NCBI GenBank assembly: GCA_002269645.1
Contig: NIVC01000958.1
Coordinates: 124,001-188,000, forward strand
From: Macrostomum lignano
Lineage: Eukaryota
Direction of reading: 5' to 3'
DNA: 64,000 nucleotides
Under the pieces are notes generated by a model, which worked only from the letters and a program-made list of their open reading frames with translations, did not search any database and was not told where the DNA came from. Shown here in pieces: positions 23,023-34,204 of the stretch. Positions within the stretch are counted from its first letter, which is position 1. Each line of letters starts with the position of its first letter. A program made the position numbers and the translations under genes.

Positions 23023-23699
23023 GCAGAATAAATGGACAATACATTATAATACGAATTTATTGGGACATTTAGTCATAATTAGGCACACTGTAATAGTAGA
23101 CTTTACTTAGGTACAGAGTCAAATATAAGCTATTTGTAAGATAGATTCATAGAATAGGGAGTTTCTGAATTAGCAGCACATGACTTTCAGTAGATAAATT
23201 TCAGCCGAGCGCCATCCTACGAGGTAAAAAGTTATTTTAAAATTATTGATAATACGGAAAAAATTACACAATATAGGCAAGAGAAAGTTTAATAAAAATT
23301 ATTCAATGGCGCTTTTGCTCTCAAGAAAAGAAGACAAGGCACCCTTTGACAGCGTATTACACAACTGTGCCCCTTGGGATACGCTTAGATCACATTACTA
23401 GGTGTCTTCCGGGAGCTAAAAATAACTACAAATTGACTGCTGATGGTTGACCAAGGCAATTCTTTCTTCTATTTTATAAATAGTTATTACTTTGTACGTG
23501 GATCTTGGACGCTGCCGCAAATTAAGGTGATTCGCATCCGGCAAGCAATTACGGCCACAGAAATTACACCCATTCCGCTGAAATTTGAGCACACGTACAA
23601 AGATATACGCACAGGCAGGCAGACACTCGCACAAGGTGTACAGCGGCTCTGATCGTCCTATCACCATGCATACGAAACGTTTTGAATTTAGGGGATACA

Positions 23700-24330
<631 letters not shown>

Positions 24331-24907
24331 ACTTGGGGATTGGCGAGAATTGGACGACAAGCCCCAGGTCTGTCGCGTTAGAAGACGAGTTTCGGTTTTT
24401 CTTGACCATTCTCTGGCAGGTCATTGAAACTGACCAACAGATACTGACCAACCTTTTCAGTCTGAAAAAAAACCACTTGAGAACGTCTTTCAAAGTCTGA
24501 AACAATGCCATCAATCTAACTGCGAGCAGTCTGCATCGAGTGGCTGTCAAAGGCAGAGTAATTCACAAAGGTGCACCCATCGGTGTCGTAGTGACCCGCC
24601 GCTTCGGTGAACTGCGGCAAATCCTCCTCGTCGTCGCTGCTGGAATCTTCGACACTCTCCTCTCTGGCTAGCAAGATGTTGGTCACTGTGACGAACTCGA
24701 ACCGATGTCTTTCCTGCTCAAGAAAAATTAAACTGTTTGGTTATACTCGCAGGACGAAAAGGAAACAGAAAGAACAGTTTTTACGACAGACTTTAACGAA
24801 AATTACGATTTACTTGCTTGGACTCTGCAGATTTTAAAGTTCTTAAGAAAATAGAAAGCAACAGCTTCTTATGCTTTTCAATGTGTACTTATGTGTATAT
24901 TGTGTGT

Positions 24908-26070
24908 CTGGAATTGCTGAGATGTCGAGGCTTACTGGAGGAATATCTGAGATGTCAAGGCTTATTGGGGGAATCGCTGAGATGTCGAGGCTTACTAGGG
25001 GAATTGCTGAGATGTCGAAGCTTACTGGGGGAATTGCTGAGATCTCGAGGCTTACTAGGGGAATTGCTGAGATGTCGAGGCTTACTGGGGGAATTGCTAA
25101 GATCTCGAGGCTTACTAGGGGAATTGCTGAGATCTCGAGGCTTACTAGGGGAATTGCTGAGATGTCGAGGCTTACTGGAGGAATATCTGAGATGTCAAGG
25201 CTTATTGGGGGAATCGCTGAGATGTCGAGGCTTACTAGGGGAATTGCTGAGATCTCGAGGCTTACTAGGGGAATTGCTGAGATGTCGAGGCTTACTGGGG
25301 GAATTGCTGAGATCTCGAGGCTTACTAGGGGAATTGCTGAGATCTCGAGGCTTACTAGGGGAATTGCTGAGATCTCGAGGCTTACTGGGGGAATTGCTGA
25401 GATGTCGAGGCTTACTGGGGGAATTGCTGAGATGTCGAGGCTTACTGGGGGAATTGCTGAGATCTCGAGGCTTACTAGGGGAATTGCTGAGATCTCGAGG
25501 CTTACTGGGGGAATTGCTGAGATCTCGAGGCTTACTAGGGGAATTGCTGAGATCTCGAGGCTTACTAGGGGAATTGCTGAGATCTCGAGGCTTACTGGGG
25601 GAATTGCTGAGATGTCGAGGCTTACTGGGGGAATTGCTGAGATCTCGAGGCTTACTGGGGGAATTGCTGAGATCTCGAGGCTTACTAGGGGAATTGCTGA
25701 GATGTCGAGGCTTACTGGGGGAATTGCTGAGATCTCGAGGCTTACTAGGGGAATTGCTAAGATCTCGAGGCTTACTAGGGGAATTGCTGAGATCTCGAGG
25801 CTTACTGGGGGAATTGCTGAGATCTCGAGGCTTACTAGGGGAATTGCTGAGATGTCGAGGCTTACTGGGGAATTGCTGAGATCTCGAGGCTTACTAGGGA
25901 ATTGCTGAGATGTCGAGGCTTACTGGGGGAATTGCTGAGATCTCGAGGCTTACTGGGGGAATTGCTGAGATCTCGAGGCTTACTAGGGGAATTGCTGAGA
26001 TGTCGAGGCTTACTGGGGGAATTGCTGAGATCTCGAGGCTTACTAGGGGAATTGCTAAGATATCAAGGCT
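24908..26070. repeat. 30-bp minisatellite (GGAATTGCTGAGATCTCGAGGCTTACTAGG)n
   Basis: ~38 units visible, no spacers. Confidence 0.97.
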
Positions 26071-26754
26071 GAGAGGTAAGAATTGCTACTTGTAGTTTAT
26101 TCAAAAAGTTTTATTCCATCTTTGAAGAAATTTACTCAAATAAGGTGAGTTATTAAACTGAAAAAGGAATGCTTTTAAGAAAACATGCTTTTATTTTAAA
26201 GGATTCTCATTATGGCGCTCTGAAGGGGGGACACTGGGCTGCTAGTATTTTCTATATTCATCTATCTAGTTAAGTTCAGTGTCTAAATCAGCTCTCACTT
26301 TGGTCTGAAAACCATAAAACTTTTCGCCAGAAATTAGATGAAAGCATTTTTTGACACTAACGTGTAAAAATTCTGCATCATATTCAAATTCACTAAAGGC
26401 AACTTCATTCTATGTAGCTGTTACGCTCGTACGAGGTAACAATGTCACAGACTGTCTAAACGCAGCAAGCGTACACTGGCACGCAGTCGTACCCCATTTC
26501 GCTGACCCCTGACAAGTACGAAGACGTACACAGTACATGTACAGCGTAGGAATACGTACGAAGACAAGGTTGTATTGCAGCCTTGACTTTATCTACGCTC
26601 TCCGTTCAAAATTATTATGGCCACACGCAGACACGAATACAGGACTAAGTCCTATGCGATATCTCTCCCCGCTACACTGCCCTGGTAGCTCTCATCACTA
26701 TACTGAAAGCGAGGCAAACCAAGACAAGCTCAATAAAGTGAAAGCATTCGCGGT

Positions 26755-28354
26755 TAATTTACCTGTAGACTAGAGCCATCGCTTGCTTCACTTGTTCCTC
26801 CGTCAGCAGCGCTTACTGGGGCACAATCTGATACAGTGTCGAGCGACTCCTCGTTCTTCCGGTCACACGACACGGCTGTAGCTGTTGCCGCGAAAGCCCA
26901 GATGCTAAGGCAGATAGCAACCAGAAATGCTAGCGTGAGGACCGCTGCTAGCAGAGCGGAAACGCCAACATCTGCAACCCCCCCCCCAAAAGTTCAAGGT
27001 GGTTTTAGTTCATGACTTTTAAAGTTGAGTTTAGATTTCTAGAAAATTGAAGTGAAGACTGCCATTCCATCCCAGATTCCCCATAATTTGAGTAACGAAG
27101 GCAAAAAAATAATGCTCACCATCTTTATCAACCGGCTGTTGGTTTAAAGATTTGCACTGCAGAGACTTAAAGACAGTCAATCCAGTGTAGGTTTGGTAAC
27201 TGGTGCAGCAGACGTTCACAGATGAGCGGTTCCATCTCAGTTTCAGTAAGCCATTCCACTCAGTGCTGCTGATATTGCTCAGCTCCGTCGATGCCTCATC
27301 TCCCGCAACTGAGCAGTTGATGCTGTGCACCGGAAGTAATGTGTTTTGGTTTTCATTTTGATCAACTGCACGCACGCTCACTTCAGACTGCGTGTTATTG
27401 ATGTAGGCTAATTTGAGTTCAATCGCTGACTTGCTGGCTTTGCCTTGAGGTTGTTCCAATGACAAGAAATACGTATTCGGCTTTTTATTTTCTTTCAATT
27501 CAATTAAGTAGCAACATCAAACTGAAGCGGCTAAAAGGACTCACTAAAAACAGCTGGTGCACTGCTCAGACTGATTTCTGAGTCATTGTACTCAACTCCA
27601 GATCGATTGACGCTGCAAAAAACCTGCCAATTCTGGCGGGCCATCGCCTCGACTACCCGAAGCTCGTGAGTACTGTTGAACTCACCCTGCTGTATTCGAA
27701 ATTGGTGCACAGGTGAAGACAGCTGACATATTCTAGACCTGAATGAAGTTTGTTCATTAATAATTTACCAAAGGTGATTTTCACTCACTTGCACTTTCTG
27801 AAGCGGCGTGTTGATTGCAGCATCACCATTCAGTTGCAGCCAGCAGCTGTGGCTCACATTCCAGATGCTGCAGCGCTTAGAGATCACCTGAACCAGCTTG
27901 GTCTGCCCCACCAGCCAGAATTTCTCCGGTCCCAAGTCTACGGCTGTCTCGCAGGGCTCTGAAAGATGAAGCATAGACTGATGATACATACTTATGTTCA
28001 GACTTGTCAGGGTGGTCAAGAGGACTTTAGGAGCCAATGAGGACCACACGGAGTAGGCCAGGTTCTCAAGAATGTCAGCGAATAAACAAAAAATCCTGTT
28101 AAATTTTGTATTCTTTTTTGCGCCATTATCATATTTTCTCCAAGAGTTATGATATGCATACCACTGATTTCTGAAATGATTCCATTCCAAGCAGTTTCCT
28201 TCCTTTCTGATCCAGCAGTCCCTTTGCACACGATGCTGGCGTTTCGATCAGCCATCGATACATTAAAACCGAACTCTGAGCGAACTCTGACGAGTGTTCT
28301 GTTCGTGCTGTCGATTGTTTTTGACTGGCTCTGAAATTGAAAATCAATAATCAA
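26755..28354 (-). other. Putative third host surface-glycoprotein gene or fragments (N-glycosylation-rich segments plus TM exon)
   Basis: ORFs 28016-28354, 27765-28229 and 27031-27498 with several NxS/T sites; manual translation of ~26760-26975 gives a TM VGVSALLAAVLTLAFLVAICLSIWAFAAT and a short tail. Confidence 0.4.
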
Positions 28355-28739
28355 AGTTCATTTCCTGGAAATGCGTACGCAATGCATTCGAATTCAATAG
28401 GACGTTACAGTGCTGAGAACAGTGAGGTGTCTTTTTCGCTGCGACCCCGGCCTTTCGATGAAGCAGCGGTGCTGAGCCTCAGGCAGGGAGTCTGAGAACA
28501 CGCTGAGCTTTGCCAGCTGCCCAGCAACGAGGACTGGCAAAGCTGAGACGTGCAGAGCTTTGACTGGAACTAAAAATAATTATATTTAACATGGCGTTAA
28601 AATAACTAGGCTGTCAAGGGTCATCTGAGTCTGTCCCTAAACTTCAGTAGCAATACGAGCTACGATCCGCAATTCTAACTGCTGGTAAGTTTAGAAAAGC
28701 AAAAGAAGAGCACCTTCCCACAACAGCAGCTTCTCAAGC

Positions 28740-29480
28740 AGAACAGCGCCATGAGAAGTGCTCAAGCCGCACTGCAGCAGCTTGCCGTGGTCATCAGGGA
28801 GAGTTCCAATCTCGAACTTGTGAGTCCGAATCCCATTGGCATCAGCTGGAGATGAGCCAACCTGAAGACAGTTGAGAACTTTCTCAGCCTACTGAATGCA
28901 CAATTGAATGCATGCTTGAAAGCATGGCAGCTCACCAGCGTGGCGCTGACAATTCTTCCAGAAGAATTGGAAAGCCAGCAGGCGGCATTGCCGAAGCTGC
29001 AGCTGTCTACAAAGAAGTTGATCAAAGAACTCGAATGTTGAGCGTCTTCGCTGACAAAGAGGCCGAGCCGATGACTGGACAGCGACATGTTGATGCGCAT
29101 CAATTGGCTGCCTGGAAATATTTATTGCCAATAGAAAACCGACTAAATGAGATCAGCAAAGTGAAATGAGCAACCTTCCTGAGATATTTATGGCCTGCCA
29201 AGCAAGCGAACTCTCGCTGAGTAGCCGGATGGACGTTGTCAAAACCTGAAGTGCAACATGATTGGCCTGAGGTGGCAATAAAATCAAACATTTGCTGCAC
29301 CTGCCTTACCGCTTGGCCACGTCCGACCTGCCTCCAGAGGCTGCTGCTGTTGAAGGCCTCCCAGCTGGCGCGGCACGGATCCTCCAGCTGCAGCTCCAAC
29401 GGGAGGCTCGAGGCTCCGACCGCTGACACGGGCGAGCCGACCGGAGCTGCTGTGTGCCACTGGCCATCTGCAACACGAGT
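28740..29480 (+). pseudogene. Possible highly degenerate hAT-like transposase C-terminus
   Basis: Weak motifs only: PIGISW*ANLKTVENFLSL, ATFLRY, HDWPEVA; many stops. Confidence 0.25.
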
Positions 29481-29489
29481 GCTTGGCTG

Positions 29490-29889
29490 CTAGCTGGTCT
29501 CACACTGTCTCAGAGTGCTAATTAGATGCTAGCTGGTCTCACACTGTCTCAGAGTGCTAATTAGATGCTAGCTGGTCTCACACTGTCTCAGAGTGCTAAT
29601 TAGATGCTAGCTGGTCTCACACTGTCTCACACTGTGTGTCCCAGACTCCCTCTGCCTCATCATGCATCATGAGAATGAGTCGGTCAGCGTCACTCACCCC
29701 AGTCTCGCACGGTCACCGCCTTCAGCATCATCGGCTGCCTCAGCTGCATCACAAGCCACCGAGGCCCGGACCGCACAGCAGCAGGGAATCGGTTTGTCTC
29801 TGACTGCCGACTCTCCCACCAACGGCAGTGCGCACCGCTGGGTTGCCAGGTGCGCAGAACGTCAGCCCTGCTCAGCTGCAATGTCACTG
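29490..29889 (+). repeat. Second locus of the 39-bp satellite (~3.5 units) plus a ~260-bp flank homologous to 1110-1369
   Basis: Direct sequence match (CATCATGCATCATGAGAATGAGTCGG...CTCAGCTGCA.TGTCACTG). Confidence 0.93.
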
Positions 29890-30416
29890 AAAAATTTATC
29901 GCAAAAAAATTGCAGCCTTGCATTGCCAGCTTTTGAGCTGCTCCTAAAAGCAGCTGACTCACCTGTGCGATTAACATCGGAGCAGTCCAAAGATGCAGCA
30001 ACTCGCATGCTCAGCAGCAGAGGCAGCAACTGCCAAAGCCAATTTTTCATTGTTCTTTTAATAAAAATCCTTTTTCCTGCAAGTCTGTTGCTAGCCATCC
30101 GGTTGAAAATTTTCAATCGCAGACTTTGGTCAGCTTTTTTATATTCAGCGCCATATAACTTGTTCCGTTGCATGCAGCAAGCAGCATAAAAGCCCATCAT
30201 ATCAGATCGCAATGTAGTGGTGGACTGTACTGGCATTACTTCTACGAGCGTTTCTGATTGTTTGGCTGGTTTCAATGCCAATTTCGCCATGTTTCTAATC
30301 TCTGTCCATTAGTAGATAGAAATTCTCTATCTACTGTTGTTTCTCAGTTCAGACACGCTCCGGCTGCGGAATTTCATTGAAAATTTCATAATTTTAGAAC
30401 TCGCAGATAAAGAAAA

Positions 30417-30709
30417 AGTAGAAGGCATGAGGGGGCTTTTGGGACAAAATTTTTCACATCCTCCATAATCCCATTAAATCCATCTATATTATCCCCAACA
30501 GAATCAGAAAAAAAGGGGGGTCGCACTTGCTCCAAAAACTTTGAACGTAATCCCATTAAATCCATCCATATTATCCCCATCAGAATCAGAAAAAAAGGGG
30601 GGTCGCACCTGCTCACAAAACCTCCTCCATAATCCCATTAAATCCATCCATATTATCCCCGACAGAATCTTGAAAAAGGGGAGGGGTCGATAATCGTATT
30701 AAATCCATC
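30417..30709 (+). repeat. Polinton left TIR, outer part (with ~84-bp subrepeats)
   Basis: Reverse complement of ~58690-59008; 23-bp deletion relative to the right TIR near 30690. Confidence 0.95.
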
Positions 30710-31675
30710 TGTTGTGACCTGTGTCACAGTGCTCCCCTGGTGCAAGTGCACTTTGATAGTTGTTGACTTTGGTAGTTGATTATTGTTACCCCCCCCCCCC
30801 GGCTCAAGCCAGTCTGGAGCTATGAGCCCTTTGGCTGAGCCTCTGCTCTCTTTCTCTCTCTCTCTCGCCTTGGCTGTTTAGCCCTTTGGCTAGCCGTGCT
30901 GATTGGCTGGGCCTCTGCTCTCTCTCCCTCTCCCTGGCCGTGCGCGCTTCCACCCTCCCCTCGCCGCAGCCAATCAGCTGTCAATCAGCTCCATTGTTTA
31001 AGCCCTTTCTCCCCCCCCTTGTTTGCGCCCCTGCCCCTTTTTACTCGTTATTTAAGGCGACGCTCAGACCCCGCCCCTTTTCTCACCGTGCCTGCGCCCA
31101 TTTGCGCCCACCGCGATAAATAAACGAACGTGACCAGCGATCAGCCGTAAAGACGGTCTCTTACTGCGAAGACTCAATTTATTGCAATCGATCGGCCTTC
31201 CCGTGTATGAGTGCTATAATCGACCCGGCCCGGTAAGCTGTCGAGACAATTGCCTGTGTTCCTCGGGGTCGCTCTCCTGATCTCTCACTCTCTCACTCTC
31301 TCCTCAGTCTGACTCACCAGGCTGTCGAGTGGCCGACCGCCCGCAGCCCTCTCTCTCTTCCTTGACTCACCAGGCTGTCGAGTGGCCGCCCGCCCACAGC
31401 CCTCTCTCTTTTCCTTGACTCACCAGGCTGTCGAGTGGCCGACCGCCCGCAGCCCTCTCTCTCTTCCTTGACTCACCAGGCTGTCGAGTGGCCGCCCGCC
31501 CACAGCCGCCCCTCCCCTCTCTCTCGACTTCTCAACCTTGACCTCCCCCCGAAGTGTCCGTACGCCTCGGGGTCGCCGATCGAGCTCGTAAGCCCTGGGC
31601 AGTCCAGTACCCGAACCCCGACACCGCTACCCGTCGCCCAACCCGGCCGTGCCAGCGAGGAAGGGGGATACAACA
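30710..31675 (+). repeat. Gypsy 5' LTR (966 bp)
   Basis: TGTTG...CAACA; four ~55-bp internal repeats (CTCACCAGGCTGTCGAGTGGCCG...) at ~31310-31510. Confidence 0.96.
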
Positions 31676-31676
31676 T

Positions 31677-31694
31677 TGGCGCCCGAACAGGGAC
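31677..31694 (+). promoter_or_regulatory. Primer-binding site for tRNA-Lys(UUU)
   Basis: TGGCGCCCGAACAGGGAC immediately after the LTR; this is the canonical 18-nt tRNA-Lys3 PBS. Confidence 0.93.
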
Positions 31695-31718
31695 TGCTCA
31701 GTTTGCTTGTGAGCTGTC

Positions 31719-32699
31719 ATGGCGAATGTGGACGAACTGATTCGGCTGCTAGCCGAGCGTCTGCGAGCGGATGGACCAGCCCAGCCACCGAGACTCCCGA
31801 AGCCCGTGAAGTACACGTCAAGCATGAATTTTCGACTCTGGCTGCGCTCTTTCAACGCTTATTGCGACTCCGCCGAGATTGACGAGGAGCATCGCCGCGA
31901 GCACTTGATGAGCATGCTGGATCTCGCTACGGCGTACGCTGCGGTCGATAATCTGAACCTGCCGGGACCCGACGATCCTGTGGATCCGCTGGACTACGAG
32001 GGATTCACCGCCCGGTTGGAGGCTCGCTTCTCCCGGTACCGGACAGAGCAGGACAGCAAGGTCGAGCTAAAAACCCGAGATCAGAAGGATGGCGAGTCGT
32101 TGGAGGCCTACGCAGATGCTCTCCTTGAACTGGTGCGCTGTGCCTACCCGGCGGCAACTGCCGAGCTGCAGGACGACCTCGCGAAGGATCGCTTCATGCA
32201 AGGGGTGAGACTCTCCGACCTCCAGCGAGAGAAGCTCTACCTGCAGCAGCCCGAAGGTCTGGTGGCAGCACAACGCGCGGTGAGGCAGCTCGAGGCGGCG
32301 TCCAAGGCGGCGAAGGGACCGAGATCGGCTGGAGCAACTGGCAGCGGCCACCGAGGAGTCTTCGTGGTGAGCGGCGCGGCGGAATCTGTGCCTCGGGAGG
32401 ATGGAGCCTACTCCCAAGAAAAGGACAAAGAGCTCGAGGAGTTGAAGAAACTGGTGAGGCAGCTTCAAGGCAAAGTGGTTCAGCTCGAGTCGCTGAGAGC
32501 GGAACCGCATAGCAGCGCCGCAGCTCGACCGACCGACTCCGACGAAGGCGACCATCAGAAGCCTCGACGAACGGGAGGAATTCGCTGCTTCTTCTGCAAC
32601 AAGCCAGGGCACATCGCGACTAACTGCCCAACCCGTCAGCAACAGGGAAACGGCAAGGGGAACTTCCGCAGGGGCGAGGGAGTTCCGCCGAGACAGTAG
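31719..32699 (+). CDS. gag: Gypsy Gag with CCHC zinc knuckle
   Basis: CFFCNKPGHIATNC; QKDGESLEAYADAL (Q-x-x-x-E-S motif). Confidence 0.92.
   Translation: MANVDELIRLLAERLRADGPAQPPRLPKPVKYTSSMNFRLWLRSFNAYCDSAEIDEEHRREHLMSMLDLATAYAAVDNLNLPGPDDPVDPLDYEGFTARLEARFSRYRTEQDSKVELKTRDQKDGESLEAYADALLELVRCAYPAATAELQDDLAKDRFMQGVRLSDLQREKLYLQQPEGLVAAQRAVRQLEAASKAAKGPRSAGATGSGHRGVFVVSGAAESVPREDGAYSQEKDKELEELKKLVRQLQGKVVQLESLRAEPHSSAAARPTDSDEGDHQKPRRTGGIRCFFCNKPGHIATNCPTRQQQGNGKGNFRRGEGVPPRQ
32645..32686 (+). promoter_or_regulatory. Predicted -1 ribosomal frameshift signal (G GGA AAC + 7-nt spacer + 9-bp hairpin)
   Basis: Heptamer in gag frame at 32645-32651; stem 32659-32667 / 32678-32686; the pol (-1) frame is open from here to the protease. 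Confidence 0.8.
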
Positions 32700-32803
32700 A
32701 GGCCCCAACCCGAGACGAAGATGCAGCCCCGGAGCGACGTGCAGCAGGATGTCCGGCGGACTGCTCAAGAGATAGAGATCAACCTGCAACAGCTTTTAAT
32801 CCC

Positions 32804-34204
32804 GTGTCAATCTACGTGTCGGTAAAAATTGGCGAGATTGAGTTGCCGTGTCTGTTGGATTCGGGCTCGGTCATGTCGCTGGTGAACGAGAGGACCTGGC
32901 GGCAGTTGAGCAAGTCGGTTCGAGTTGAACTCAGCCCTTCGGAAACCCACCTGATCTCAGCGAACGGAACTCCCATGAATGTGTTAGGATGCGCGTCGCT
33001 TCCCCTACAGTTCGGATCAGAAACTTTACAGACGCCAATTGCGGTGGTCCAAGGGGTCGGCTACGAACTGTTGCTAGGCACCGACTTCTTACGCCGCCAC
33101 CGGTGCCAAATCGATTTCGCCGGAGGAGTTTTCCGCGTGAACGGTTCACGTGTGCCAATCCGAGAGACCAAGCACAAACCAGTCGTCTGCCGGTTGTACC
33201 TGAACGAAAACTTGATCATTCCGGCCAATCACGAACGGACCGTCTCAGCCAGGATTCGGAGAACAGCGACACAGAATTCCGGAGTGCTCGGCGTCGCCGA
33301 ACCAGACGAAAAACTGAAGAGCGATGAGAGACCAATGCTAGCCAGGAGCGTCTGCCTCATCCAGCAGGGCAACACCCTACCAGTTCACTTCGCGAATGTC
33401 ACGGACTCCGAGCTGCGGCTGCGGAAGGGAGCTGTCATCGGCTGGTTTCGACCATCAGATCCGGCTCAAGAGGTTCTGGTAGCCAGCATCGAAGAGCAAG
33501 CGTCGGTTTTACGACCCAGCTGCGATCCATGGGACCCAGAGGCGGCACTGAACCAGCACGGCTCCAAGCAGCTCACGGGGGCAGACAAAGCGAGTTTCCT
33601 AAGATTGGTGAATCGATACGCAGATGTTTTCGCAGAGAGTACAGCGCGCCTCGGGACGACGGACATCGTGCAGCATGAAATTGAGACCACCGGAACAGCC
33701 GTAAAACAGCCTCCGCGACGGCTACCGCCACATTGGCGCGGCGAAGTCGACCGACAAATCGACGAGCTTTTGGCAACGAAGATGATTGAACCGACCCAAT
33801 CGCCGTGGAGTTCGCCAGTGGTCTGTGTCCGTAAAAAGAATGGGGAACTGCGACTGTGTGTCGACTACAGAGAGTTGAATCAACGAACTGTCAAGGACGC
33901 CATAGCAATCCCGCGTGTCGATGACGCACTTGAAGCGCTCGGAGGTGCGGCTGTATTTTCGACGCTCGACCTTTGCTCCGGCTATTGGCAAGTTAAGGTC
34001 AAAAGGGAGGATCAAGAAAAGACTGCTTTTGTCATTCCGCATCGGGGGCAATTCGCGTTCAAGGTGCTGCCCTTCGGATTGACCAATGCGCCGGCGACAT
34101 TCACAAGGTTGATGAATATGGTACTACACGACCTTCTGTGGAAAATGGCGCTCGTCTACATCGACGATATCATCATTGGTCCCGAACTGTCAGCGAGCAT
34201 CTAA
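32804..34204 (+). CDS. pol: Gypsy Pol part 1: aspartic protease + RT N-terminus (true start via frameshift at ~32650)
   Basis: LLDSGS, SPWSSPVVCV, RLCVDYR, LDLCSGYWQV, LPFGL, YIDD. Confidence 0.92.
   Translation: MSIYVSVKIGEIELPCLLDSGSVMSLVNERTWRQLSKSVRVELSPSETHLISANGTPMNVLGCASLPLQFGSETLQTPIAVVQGVGYELLLGTDFLRRHRCQIDFAGGVFRVNGSRVPIRETKHKPVVCRLYLNENLIIPANHERTVSARIRRTATQNSGVLGVAEPDEKLKSDERPMLARSVCLIQQGNTLPVHFANVTDSELRLRKGAVIGWFRPSDPAQEVLVASIEEQASVLRPSCDPWDPEAALNQHGSKQLTGADKASFLRLVNRYADVFAESTARLGTTDIVQHEIETTGTAVKQPPRRLPPHWRGEVDRQIDELLATKMIEPTQSPWSSPVVCVRKKNGELRLCVDYRELNQRTVKDAIAIPRVDDALEALGGAAVFSTLDLCSGYWQVKVKREDQEKTAFVIPHRGQFAFKVLPFGLTNAPATFTRLMNMVLHDLLWKMALVYIDDIIIGPELSASI

Noticed and set aside
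24818-26095. Leucine-rich-repeat-like ORF (LLRSRGLLGE)n
   Set aside because: 10-aa period from a 30-bp satellite; lacks the LxxLxLxxN LRR consensus.
26420-26600. GTAC/CGTAC-rich patches (also ~5560, ~20910, ~59580)
   Set aside because: No alignable repeat unit or boundaries by eye.
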